Source of the DNA: Candidatus Latescibacterota bacterium
GTDB taxonomy: Bacteria; Latescibacterota; UBA2968; UBA8231
DNA length: 64,000 bases
Direction: 5' to 3'
Assembly: GCA_965243025.1 (NCBI GenBank)
Contig: CBDETY010000003.1
Location: 3,616,001 to 3,680,000, forward strand
Shown here: positions 17,362 through 26,569 of the stretch, piece after piece
Layout of the letters: each line of letters begins with the position of its first letter
How positions within the stretch are numbered: the stretch's first letter is position 1
The notes under the pieces: model-generated
Databases searched by the model: none
Told to the model about the DNA's origin: nothing
What the model saw: the letters and a program-made list of their open reading frames with translations, nothing else
Translations under genes and position numbers: made by a program

Positions 17362-18645
17362 CTACAGGTCGTATCCCGCTTCGCCGTGCTCGTTCAGATC
17401 GAGTCCATTGGTCTCGGTATCCTCGTCCACCCGCAGGCCGATGGCCAGGTCGATGACCTTGAGGATCACGAACGAGACGATCAGGGTATAAACCGCTGCG
17501 CCGACAGCACCGAAAGCCTGGATACCCAACTGTTTCCCCATGTTCAGGCCCTCGACGGTGCCGCCCAGGGAGGTCGAGGCGAAGAAGGAGACCAGCAGAA
17601 CCCCGACGAGGCCGCCGAAGCCGTGAACCCCCACTACGTCGAGCGCGTCGTCGTACCCGCAGGTGCGCTTGAGCCAGGTGGCGGCCCAATAGGCCACGAG
17701 ACCGGAGCACAGGCCGATGGCGAATGCCCCGAGCGGCCCCACCGTGCCCGAGGCCGGGGTAATGGCCGCCAGTCCCGCGATGGCGCCGGTGGCGAAACCG
17801 AGGGCACTGGGTTTCCCGTTCCGGATCCAATCGAGGAAGATCCAGGTCAGCGCCGCGACGCTGGGGGAGATCTGGGTGACCACGACTGCCATGGCGGCCT
17901 GCCCGTTAGCCGCCAGGGCGCTGCCGCCGTTGAAACCGAACCACCCGACCCAGAGCATGGCCGTGCCGACGAGGTTCATGGTCATGTTGTGCGGGGGCAT
18001 CGGCTGTTTGGGATAGCCGGAGCGCTTGCCGACGAGGATCGCCGCCACCAGGGCGGCGGCCCCCGCGGTGATGTGGACGACGATGCCGCCGGCAAAGTCG
18101 AAGACCCCCATGGCGCCGAGGTACCCGCCCTCTCCCCAGACCATGTGGGTGATGGGCAGGTAAACCAGAGCGCACCACAGGCCGCTGAACCACAACACCG
18201 CCGAAAACTTCATGCGCTCGGCAAAGGCACCGACGATTAGTCCGGGAGTGATGATGGCGAACGTCATCTGGAAAACGAAGAAGAGCAGTTCGGGGATGGT
18301 GCCGGACAGGCTGTCCGGGGAGACCCCGCTGAGAAAGAGCTTGGACAGGCCGCCGATGAAGGGATTGCCGGCGGTAAAGGCCAGGCTGTATCCGAAAAGG
18401 GTCCACAGGACCGTGATCAGGGCGGCAATCCCGAAACAGTGCATGTAGACGGAGAGCACGTTGCGCGTGCGCACCAGGCCGGCGTAGAACATGGCCAGGC
18501 CCGGTATCATCATGAAGAGCACGAGGCCGGTGGAGATCAGGATCCAGGCCGTATCTCCGGTGTCGAGCTTGTCCTGGGCCGAAGCGGAAGCCGGCGCCCA
18601 GACCAGCAACAGGGGGAGGATTCCCCACACTTTGCGAAACTTCAT
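17362..18645 (-). CDS. amt: Ammonium transporter
   Basis: ATG 18645 with AGGAGG; GDTAW, FQMTFAII, DFAGGIVVH, WVGWFGFNGGS, DDALDVVGVHG. Confidence 0.96.
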   Translation of the reverse strand: MKFRKVWGILPLLLVWAPASASAQDKLDTGDTAWILISTGLVLFMMIPGLAMFYAGLVRTRNVLSVYMHCFGIAALITVLWTLFGYSLAFTAGNPFIGGLSKLFLSGVSPDSLSGTIPELLFFVFQMTFAIITPGLIVGAFAERMKFSAVLWFSGLWCALVYLPITHMVWGEGGYLGAMGVFDFAGGIVVHITAGAAALVAAILVGKRSGYPKQPMPPHNMTMNLVGTAMLWVGWFGFNGGSALAANGQAAMAVVVTQISPSVAALTWIFLDWIRNGKPSALGFATGAIAGLAAITPASGTVGPLGAFAIGLCSGLVAYWAATWLKRTCGYDDALDVVGVHGFGGLVGVLLVSFFASTSLGGTVEGLNMGKQLGIQAFGAVGAAVYTLIVSFVILKVIDLAIGLRVDEDTETNGLDLNEHGEAGYDL

Positions 18646-18948
18646 TATGAACCTCCTATGGGGGCGGACTACGTGGAATGCGTCAGGGGCCCTCGCGGTT
18701 CTGCACCGGGAACGGGGGCCGGTCCCATGCTCTGGCCGGCGCTCCGATCGCGAACCGGGCTCCGCACGGATGACGAGGACCTCCATCCCCTGCGCAACGG
18801 GGCAAATTCCCTTTACCCTCTGTCCGAGTCAAGGCGGTCGGCGATCACCGGCTGTCGCTTGCACGACAGGGAGGGACTGCGCTTGTTAATCCTGTCACCT
18901 GAAACCGCTTCTCCGCCGGCTCCGGCGCCAACCGCGAGGAATAACCGC

Positions 18949-19788
18949 ATGCTGACCCGCGAACAGATAGACGCCTACCACCGCGACGGCTTCGTGAAGG
19001 TCGAAGGCCTGTTCACACCCGAAGAGGTCGCCGACCTGGCCGGCGACATGGTGCGCATCATCGAGGAGTGGGGGGAGGAGACCATCGGCTGGAGGGGGCC
19101 GTGGAGGAAGGGCTACCTGCCCGACGACGAGCAGGAGAGCACCAAGGCGGTGTTCATGCACAACCCGCAGCACTACTCGGCGGTCTGGGGGCGGGTCATC
19201 TTCCACGAGCGCCTGCTCGCCTGCATCACCGCCCTGATCGGCGACAGCGTCCAGTGGCATCACACCGTCCTCCACGCCAAACCGCCGGAAAAGGGCACCC
19301 CCTTCCCCATGCACCAGGACTTCCCGTTCTACCCGCACGACGGCGCCGATTTCGTCGACTGCCTGCTGCATCTCGACGACGCCCCGTTCGAGTCGGGCGC
19401 CCTGCACGTCGTTCCCGGAAGCCACAGGAAGGGGCCGATCGAGCACGTCCTCGGCCCGGACACGGCGCCGCACCTGCCCCTCGACCAGTACCACCCCGAC
19501 AAGGTCGACAGCGTGGCGATCCCGGCGCGGGCCGGGGACGTCGTCTTCTTCAGCTACATGGCCGTGCACTGGTCCGACTGCAACCGCACCGGTCAGTGGC
19601 GCAAGGCGGTCCGCTTCGGCTACCACCACACCGGCATGCGCCCGGTCGGACGCGCCGGGGACGACCCCCACCGCATCGACCTCGACAACCTGCTCGAGCG
19701 CAGCAACAACACCGTCGTCTCCGGCTTCCGCGCCAACCTGGAAGAGCCGAGGCCGGGGCCCACCAGCTCCATCCAGGCGCGCGCATGA
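18949..19788 (+). CDS. PhyH-family dioxygenase
   Basis: ATG 18949; YHRDGF, AKPP, MHQD, VVPGSH, AGDVVFF, HWS. Confidence 0.9.
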   Translation: MLTREQIDAYHRDGFVKVEGLFTPEEVADLAGDMVRIIEEWGEETIGWRGPWRKGYLPDDEQESTKAVFMHNPQHYSAVWGRVIFHERLLACITALIGDSVQWHHTVLHAKPPEKGTPFPMHQDFPFYPHDGADFVDCLLHLDDAPFESGALHVVPGSHRKGPIEHVLGPDTAPHLPLDQYHPDKVDSVAIPARAGDVVFFSYMAVHWSDCNRTGQWRKAVRFGYHHTGMRPVGRAGDDPHRIDLDNLLERSNNTVVSGFRANLEEPRPGPTSSIQARA

Positions 19789-19806
19789 CCCGCGGCGAGA
19801 CCGGCG

Positions 19807-20328
19807 ATGGCCGGGGTTGAGACCGGGCGGGGTACAGGCGCGGCGGGCCGCCTCTGCACCGTCGGGATAGCCAAGGACTACCTCTCCTTCTCGGCCGCCC
19901 ACTTCACCATCTTCTCCGGGGACCGGCGGGAGAACCTGCACGGCCACAACTTCGCGGTGCAGGGCCGCGCCACCGGCCGGGTCGGGGAGAACGGCCTCAC
20001 CTTCGATTACGAGCTGCTGAAGTCGAAAATCGGGGAGCTGTGCGAACGCCTCGACGAGAAGCTGCTGCTCCCTTCCGGGTCTCCGCACCTCGACATCCGC
20101 GGCGGCCCAGGGGAGGTGGAGGTCGGCTTCGCAGGGGAGCGCATGCATTTCCTCGAGCGGGACGTCCTGCTGATTCCGGTCGCCAACGTCACTGTCGAGG
20201 AGCTCTCCGGGTGGTTCCTCGACCTCCTGCTCGCCGACGGCGACATCGAGGCCCTCGACCTCGAGGAGCTGGAGGTCCGCGTCTCCAGCGGACCCGGGCA
20301 GTGGGGGATCAGCCGCTGGCGGCGCTGA
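19807..20328 (+). CDS. 6-pyruvoyl-tetrahydropterin synthase/QueD family protein, Glu-type (PTPS-III-like)
   Basis: FSAAHF...RENLHGHNF; NVTVEE. Confidence 0.85.
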   Translation: MAGVETGRGTGAAGRLCTVGIAKDYLSFSAAHFTIFSGDRRENLHGHNFAVQGRATGRVGENGLTFDYELLKSKIGELCERLDEKLLLPSGSPHLDIRGGPGEVEVGFAGERMHFLERDVLLIPVANVTVEELSGWFLDLLLADGDIEALDLEELEVRVSSGPGQWGISRWRR

Positions 20329-20486
20329 CCGACGGCAGCGTGCAGGGCGCCGCGGTTCCAGTTGATTCCCCGGCTGCGGTGCTCACGGGCCCGCCGGAAA
20401 CCGCGATTTCTCCTTAAAAAACTGATTGCCGCAGGAGCGGGACGGTATCGGTGGGACAGAACGTCTCGTCGGGATCGCCAGAGGAA

Positions 20487-20515
20487 TTGCGCCGGAAAGC
20501 GGCAGCGCTTATCGT
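20487..20515 (+). promoter_or_regulatory. Putative sigma70 promoter
   Basis: TTGCGC-17 nt-TATCGT about 65 nt upstream of the CDGSH gene. Confidence 0.4.
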
Positions 20516-20579
20516 GCACCGCAACACAGCTCACCCGAACATCGACAAGCAGAAACACCGGCAGACAGGAGAGGGACTC

Positions 20580-21233
20580 ATGGCAGACGAAAAACCGACC
20601 ATCGACGTATTGGAGAGCGCCCCGTTCCTCGTGAAGGGGCTGGAGAAACTGACCGATTCCGAGGGGCGCCCGGTGGAGTTCCCCGAGGTGGCGAAGGAGA
20701 AGGGGGTGCTGGCGCTGTGCCGCTGCGGTCAGTCGGAGGACAAGCCGTTCTGCGACGGCACCCACAAGGATGTCGGCTTTTCCGGCAATAGGGAGCGCAG
20801 CGGAGAAGGAGAGGCGCGCGAGTTCGCCGGCGCTGAGATCACCATCGTCGACGACGCGGCCAGTTGCTGCCACGCCGGGGAATGCGTCGCCGGCGCCGAG
20901 GCCGTCTTCTTCAGCTGGCAGGGGGACGAGCGGATCCCGGAGCCCGACAAGGACACCCGCGAGGCGATCATCGCCGCGATCCGCAACTGCCCCTCCGGGG
21001 CGCTGGCCTACAAGCTCGAAGGGAAGCTTCACGACATCTACTTCTCCGAGCCCGAGATCCGCGTTTCCAAGGACGGCCCCCTCGAGGTGCGCGGCGGGAT
21101 CGGCCTCAACAACCCGGACGGCCCCGGACCGAGGAGCGGCGACCACTACGCCCTGTGCCGCTGCGGCGCCTCGAAAAACAAGCCGTTCTGCGACGGCTCC
21201 CACTCCGCCGTCGGCTTCAGCGACGAGCAATAG
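20580..21233 (+). CDS. CDGSH iron-sulfur protein (two CDGSH domains plus central ferredoxin-like domain)
   Basis: CRCGQSEDKPFCDGTH, CRCGASKNKPFCDGSH, CCHAGEC...CPSGAL. Confidence 0.9.
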   Translation: MADEKPTIDVLESAPFLVKGLEKLTDSEGRPVEFPEVAKEKGVLALCRCGQSEDKPFCDGTHKDVGFSGNRERSGEGEAREFAGAEITIVDDAASCCHAGECVAGAEAVFFSWQGDERIPEPDKDTREAIIAAIRNCPSGALAYKLEGKLHDIYFSEPEIRVSKDGPLEVRGGIGLNNPDGPGPRSGDHYALCRCGASKNKPFCDGSHSAVGFSDEQ

Positions 21234-21241
21234 GAGGAGCA

Positions 21242-22138
21242 ATGTCCGTCGACATCTACGAACGCGGCCCGGTCGGCAGCTTCACCAGGGAGCACCTGAT
21301 CGAGTACACCGCCGACTGGGAGGGGGAGCGCTTCCCCGACGGCCGCCCGCGCGTGCCGGACGAAATCATCGAGCGCATGAGGAACGTCACCCTGACCCAG
21401 GCCTGGGGCACCTGCAACGGCGCCGGCTACGAGTTCCAGTTCGAAGGGGGGTTCACCAACACCCACCCGGGGCAGGTGCTGTGCGGGCGCGCGGTTACGG
21501 CCACCTTCATGCCGCGGCGCCCCGACTGCCGCCGCGCCCTCGACGAGCAGGGTGAGAAGGGGGGCCACGAGGGGGACCACATCCACTGGACGATCAACAT
21601 GCTGGTGACAGGGGACGTGTACGTTGCAGACGTCTTCGGCAAGATCGACAAGGGGGCGATCATCGGCGACAACCTCGCCGCCTCCATCAAGGCGAAGTCG
21701 GGGAACGGCGTCGTCCACGACAACTCGGTGCGCGACATCGAGGGGATCCGCGGCCTCGAGGACTTCGCCTGTTTCGTGCGCGGCTGGCACCCGTCGATCG
21801 CGGCGCCGACGATCATGCTGACCGGCATGAACTGCCCGACCCGCATCGGCGGCTGCACGGTGATGCCCGGGGACGTCGTCCTCGGCAAGGGGGACGCGGT
21901 GGCCTTCATCCCCCCGCACCTGGCGGAGCAGACCGTCACCACCGCCGAGATCGTGCATCTGCGCGACATCTTCGGCAAGACCCGCCTCGGCGAGGGGAAA
22001 TACCTCCCGGGGGAGATCGACGGACGCTGGGGGGACCACATCGAGAAGGACTTCTCCGAGTGGCTCGAGGGCCACATCGACGAGCTGCCGGTCCCCAAGA
22101 GCGCGATCCAGGATTACCTGAAGACGCGGACCTGGTAG
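21242..22138 (+). CDS. RraA/HMG-aldolase family protein
   Basis: ATG 21242 with AGGAGG; GRAVTA, IIGDNL, VRD, VMPGDVVLG. Confidence 0.85.
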   Translation: MSVDIYERGPVGSFTREHLIEYTADWEGERFPDGRPRVPDEIIERMRNVTLTQAWGTCNGAGYEFQFEGGFTNTHPGQVLCGRAVTATFMPRRPDCRRALDEQGEKGGHEGDHIHWTINMLVTGDVYVADVFGKIDKGAIIGDNLAASIKAKSGNGVVHDNSVRDIEGIRGLEDFACFVRGWHPSIAAPTIMLTGMNCPTRIGGCTVMPGDVVLGKGDAVAFIPPHLAEQTVTTAEIVHLRDIFGKTRLGEGKYLPGEIDGRWGDHIEKDFSEWLEGHIDELPVPKSAIQDYLKTRTW

Positions 22139-22375
22139 CTCGCCCGGCTGTTGCCGGGGCCGGGGAGATGTTTTCGGGAGGACTTCTAAGGAGCGGCGCT
22201 TCCGGCGCCGTTGCGGAAATCCGGGCCGCGTTCGCCGTCGAAAAGGGGCCGCAGCCTGCGGTCCGAAGAGCTTCCCGCCCGGCGGACGACATCCGGACCG
22301 ACACGGGCGGCCACCTCGCGGCGGGCTCCGCGGCTCGCCAGCCACTCCTCCCATTTCCAGGAAACCTTGATCCCC

Positions 22376-24136
22376 TCACCCGAGCTCACGTTCCACCTCC
22401 TCGCAGGCGACCAGCTCCCAGCCGTGAAACACCATCGCCAGGCCGACGTGGCGCACTGACGGGTAGCGGCGCTGCAGGCCCGGGTCTTCGAGGTAGCCGC
22501 GCACCTGGCGCGCTGCTTCCTGCTTCGTCGCCGCCAGCAGGGACTCGTGCAACGGCTCGCCCCGCTTCAGGTACTTGAGCTCCAGCACGTAGCCGTACCC
22601 CATGTCGGGGTACTGGGCCACGAACGGCTCCAGGTAAAGGTCGGCGGACCCCTTGTTCAGCTCGTACTCCGAGTGCAGCAGGAACTGGTTCACCATGCTG
22701 AAGTGGGCGGCCACGAACCCGTGGATCACCTTCTCGCCGTCGAGGTAGTCGCGGATCCCGGTCTGCTCGGCGAGGGCCTCGCGCAGGAACTCCAGGGCCG
22801 GTTGCCAGGCGCCGTCGTAGGCCATCTTCCGCACGAGGCGGGAGAAGGTGTACACGTCGACGGAAAACAGGCCTACGTCGTCGTAGGCATCGCGCAGGTA
22901 CCCGTACATCAGGCGCTTGACCGTCTGGTTGGGAATGCCCAGCCGGGGCACCCCGCTCACCACCCCGCGAATGCTGAGCAGGCCGAAGTAATGCAGCAGC
23001 GACAGGAAGTTCTCGCGCCGGTCGAGCCGGTCCAGGGGGAAGCTGACCCGGATGTCGCTGTCCGTCTCCCCCTCGCCGATGATCCGGCGCAGCAGGTCGA
23101 AATTGCCGTTGAGCTGCCGGCCGACCACCAGCAGATGCCGCAGCTTGCCGTAGTCGATGCGCACGTTGGTGTCGATCAGATCGTCCGGCATCGGTCTGTT
23201 GGGCATGGATTCATCGAGGAAATAGAGGACCATGTCGGTGTTGTAGAGGTCGCCCTCGACGTTCTTTGCGAACCGGTAGCCGTTGTACCACTCCCGCATC
23301 ACCTCCAGGGCCGCGTCGACCTCTTGATCGAACACGCCATGCTCGCGGTACATCTCCAGCAGCTCCCGCACCTCGTCTTCGGTGAAGCCGAGAATGTCGT
23401 TGAACTCCGGACGCAGGCTGATGTTCTTGCCGATGTTGAAGCCGCTGGTGACGTCGTCCAGGGTGATCGGGGACACCCCGGTGATGAACAGCCGCTCCAG
23501 CCCGCCGCCGCTTCGCCCTGCCCCGGTCTTCAGGGTGGCGAAGAAATTGCGGTAGAAGCCGCCGCCGTGGGTGAAGGTCCGGTAAGCCTGCTCGCCGTGA
23601 AGGGCAAGCACGGTGTTGGCGAAGTTGTCGTACTCGTCGATGAGAACGTACAGCGGGATGCCGCGGTCGCCGGCGTACAGGAACAACTCGTTGAGCTTGG
23701 CATCGATGGAGGGCTGAGAGAGGATGCGCTGTTTTTCCTCCTGGGGAAACAGGTCCCGGTTTCGCCCCAGTGCGTGGTCGAGTTCCAGGTGACAGTAGAT
23801 CTCAAAGCGTTCCCGCAGGGTTTCCAGGGTGTCGTCAAACGCGGAAAAATCAAAGCGCAGCACGACGTAGCGGTGGCGGTTTTCCGTGGGCTGCCGCCCC
23901 AGGTCGGTGCCGCCGAAGACGGCCTCGAATTCGCCGGCGCGGTTGCGGTCGTAGTAATTCTCCAGCAGGGAGACCCAGCAGGACTTGCCGAAGCGGCGGG
24001 GCCGGATCAGAAAGGCGTAGCGCTCCTCTTCCAATTCGTGGACGAACCGAGTCTTGTCGACGTAGAGGCGCTGCTCCAGGCGGATGGCGCGGAAATCGGC
24101 CCAACCGTAGGGAATGCGGGGGTAGGTTGCAGGCAT
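22376..24136 (-). CDS. AAA-ATPase-like protein with C-terminal PD-(D/E)XK nuclease domain
   Basis: YVDKT, RPRRFGKS, LIDEYD, FITGV, WYNGY, ADLYLE...LELKY. Confidence 0.9.
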   Translation of the reverse strand: MPATYPRIPYGWADFRAIRLEQRLYVDKTRFVHELEEERYAFLIRPRRFGKSCWVSLLENYYDRNRAGEFEAVFGGTDLGRQPTENRHRYVVLRFDFSAFDDTLETLRERFEIYCHLELDHALGRNRDLFPQEEKQRILSQPSIDAKLNELFLYAGDRGIPLYVLIDEYDNFANTVLALHGEQAYRTFTHGGGFYRNFFATLKTGAGRSGGGLERLFITGVSPITLDDVTSGFNIGKNISLRPEFNDILGFTEDEVRELLEMYREHGVFDQEVDAALEVMREWYNGYRFAKNVEGDLYNTDMVLYFLDESMPNRPMPDDLIDTNVRIDYGKLRHLLVVGRQLNGNFDLLRRIIGEGETDSDIRVSFPLDRLDRRENFLSLLHYFGLLSIRGVVSGVPRLGIPNQTVKRLMYGYLRDAYDDVGLFSVDVYTFSRLVRKMAYDGAWQPALEFLREALAEQTGIRDYLDGEKVIHGFVAAHFSMVNQFLLHSEYELNKGSADLYLEPFVAQYPDMGYGYVLELKYLKRGEPLHESLLAATKQEAARQVRGYLEDPGLQRRYPSVRHVGLAMVFHGWELVACEEVERELG

Positions 24137-24493
24137 GGCGACTCCTCCAGGACAACTCTTCAGCCCCGATAAATCCAGGCCCGCATGTTTTCATTCAAAG
24201 CTTCAGCAGAATCAGGGCCTGAAATATAGACCGCGCCTGAAGGCGGGGAAATTTCCGGGCCTGCCCGGTAGCCTGGCGGTCCCCCATGGGGCCGAAAGGC
24301 CCTTGAAGATGCCGGTTCCGGAAGGCAAAGGAGAAAACCTGGCCGTTTTCTCCCGGACGACCGACAGCCGGCGCCGGCCCCGCTTCATCCATCACTTCCC
24401 GTCGGGTTTTAATGGCGCGGCGTATGGAATAGATTGGGGCCCTGATGAAAACAGGGGAGCCCTCTCTCCTCTCTCGAGACCGGAGGACCTGAC

Positions 24494-26401
24494 TTGGAAA
24501 CGATCCGCGCCACCGTGCCGGTGACCCGCCCCCCCTCCTGGGCGGTGCAGCAGCGCCACCTGATGGCGGCGATGGAGGAGAGCGTCCACCCCTTCGTCGA
24601 CCGCTACGTGCGCGACAACGGCGAGTTCATCTGGGACGACGCCTGGGGCGGCGGCAGCCCCGACGACTACTACGAGCCGTACTTCAACTGGCCCCTGCTC
24701 TACCTGATGGGGGGCGGTTCCCACCTGGTCGAGCTCGCCCACCTCGGCTGGGAGGGAGTGACGCGGCAGCTGACCCGCTGCGGCACGGTCGAGAACGAGT
24801 ACCACAAGGCCGAGGACGTCTTCCACATCTCCGAGAGCGACGCCTTCTTCTACCACCTCTGCCTCGCCGACCCGGCCAACGGCAGCCTGCACCTCAGGGC
24901 GCGCAAGTTCGCCGGCTTCTACACCGGCGACGACCCCGCGGTCAGGAACTACGATCCGGAGAAGCGGATCATCCTGTCGCCGGTCAACGGCTCCGGCGGT
25001 CCCAGCTACCGCGACGACTCGCAGCGCGACTCCCTGTACAGGGGCAGCGAGCGCTACGGCATCCCGTTCTACGACCTGCCCGGCATCTCCTCCTGGAGGG
25101 ACACCGAGGATGACGCCAAGGCGCTGGAGATGGGCCGCGCCGTCCACGACCGCTGGAAAAGGGGGGACGTCATCCACAACATCGCCCAGACCACCCTGGC
25201 GGCGAACGCCTTTCTCCTCACCGGCGAGGAGAGGTACCGCGACTGGGCGGTCGAGTACGCCGGGGCCTGGATGGAGCGCGCCAGGGCCAACGACTGGATG
25301 ATCCCCGACAACGTCGGCCACTCCGGCGCCGTCGGGGAGTACTTCGACGGCAAGTGGTACGGCGGCCTCTACGGATGGACCAGTCCGCACGGCTGGTACA
25401 ACATCCAGATGGCCCTGCTCGCCGCGGCCGGCAACGCCCTCCTGCTCACCGGCGACGACGCCTGGCTCGAGCTGCCGCGCCGGCAGCAGGACCGCATCTT
25501 CGAGCTCGGGGAGCAGCGCGACGCCGGCGGCGAGCACATGAGCCTCAGGGAGCACTGGTTCGGCCAGTTCACCGCCATGGGGAAGCAGGGCGAAACCTTC
25601 CTCGTCCCCTACCGCTACGGCGACGCCGGCTGGTTCGACTGGCAGCCGCTGTCGCCGGCCTTCCCGGCGGCCCTGTGGAACCTGTCGATGGAGGAGGGAG
25701 ACTGGGAGCGGATCGAGCAGGTGCGCACCAGGGAGGCGTACGACTGGAGAGAGGTGGTCTGCTTCCACAACAAGGAGGACTGCGGCCACGAGCAGCCCTG
25801 GCTGCGCTTCCTCGCAGGGGACAACCCCTGCTACCCGGAGCGCATCCTGCAGGCGACCCACCAGGAAGTCACCCGCCGGCTCGCCCTGGTTCGCGCCGAG
25901 ACCGAGGTCGGCACCCACCACAACATCCACCTGTGGCAGGAGGTGAACCCGGTCAGCTCCGAGGCCCTCATCCAGCAGACCCTCGGGGCGCCGCAGCCGA
26001 TCTACAACGGCGGCCTGCTGCACGCCCGCCTCAGGTACTACGACGCCCGCGCCAGGCGCCCCGGCCTGCCCCCCGATGTCGCCGCCCTGGTGACGAAGCT
26101 CGAGGCCGGACAAACCGGGGTGCGGCTGGTCAACCTGAACTCGAACGACGGCCGCGAGCTGGTGATCCAGGCCGGGGCCTACGGAGAGCACCGCTTCTCC
26201 GGGGTGCAGTACACCACCCTGAGCAGCCCCTACCCCGGGCCTCCGGCCCACTACGCCGGGCCGCCGGTGACCGAGGAGACGCGGAGCGCGGACTTCACCG
26301 GGAAATACCTGGGAGTCGAGCTGCCTCCCGGCACCGGGATCGCCCTCGACCTCGCCACCGACCGCTACGCCGGCCAGCCTTCCTGCGCGGGCCTCTATTG
26401 A
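24494..26401 (+). CDS. Uncharacterised ~635 aa protein, paralog A (possible alpha/alpha-barrel sugar-active fold)
   Basis: TTG start with GGAGG RBS; full-length similarity to the next ORF. Confidence 0.8.
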   Translation: METIRATVPVTRPPSWAVQQRHLMAAMEESVHPFVDRYVRDNGEFIWDDAWGGGSPDDYYEPYFNWPLLYLMGGGSHLVELAHLGWEGVTRQLTRCGTVENEYHKAEDVFHISESDAFFYHLCLADPANGSLHLRARKFAGFYTGDDPAVRNYDPEKRIILSPVNGSGGPSYRDDSQRDSLYRGSERYGIPFYDLPGISSWRDTEDDAKALEMGRAVHDRWKRGDVIHNIAQTTLAANAFLLTGEERYRDWAVEYAGAWMERARANDWMIPDNVGHSGAVGEYFDGKWYGGLYGWTSPHGWYNIQMALLAAAGNALLLTGDDAWLELPRRQQDRIFELGEQRDAGGEHMSLREHWFGQFTAMGKQGETFLVPYRYGDAGWFDWQPLSPAFPAALWNLSMEEGDWERIEQVRTREAYDWREVVCFHNKEDCGHEQPWLRFLAGDNPCYPERILQATHQEVTRRLALVRAETEVGTHHNIHLWQEVNPVSSEALIQQTLGAPQPIYNGGLLHARLRYYDARARRPGLPPDVAALVTKLEAGQTGVRLVNLNSNDGRELVIQAGAYGEHRFSGVQYTTLSSPYPGPPAHYAGPPVTEETRSADFTGKYLGVELPPGTGIALDLATDRYAGQPSCAGLY

Positions 26402-26569
26402 GAAGCTGTCAAGGAGGTCCCACGCTGCCCCGGCCTTCATCAACCGGGGTCGGTCGAGACCGACGGGAAACTGCTTACTGCCTGCCGGGGCCGCGCCGGG
26501 CCCCCCCCGGGGCGGGAGCCGCCCACAGGCGCCAGCCCTTCACCACCTTGAGGAATCATTGAGGAATCC

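Noticed and set aside
18646-18948. Nitrogen-responsive riboswitch or ANTAR site upstream of amt
   Set aside because: No recognisable glutamine riboswitch or dual-hairpin motif on the coding strand.
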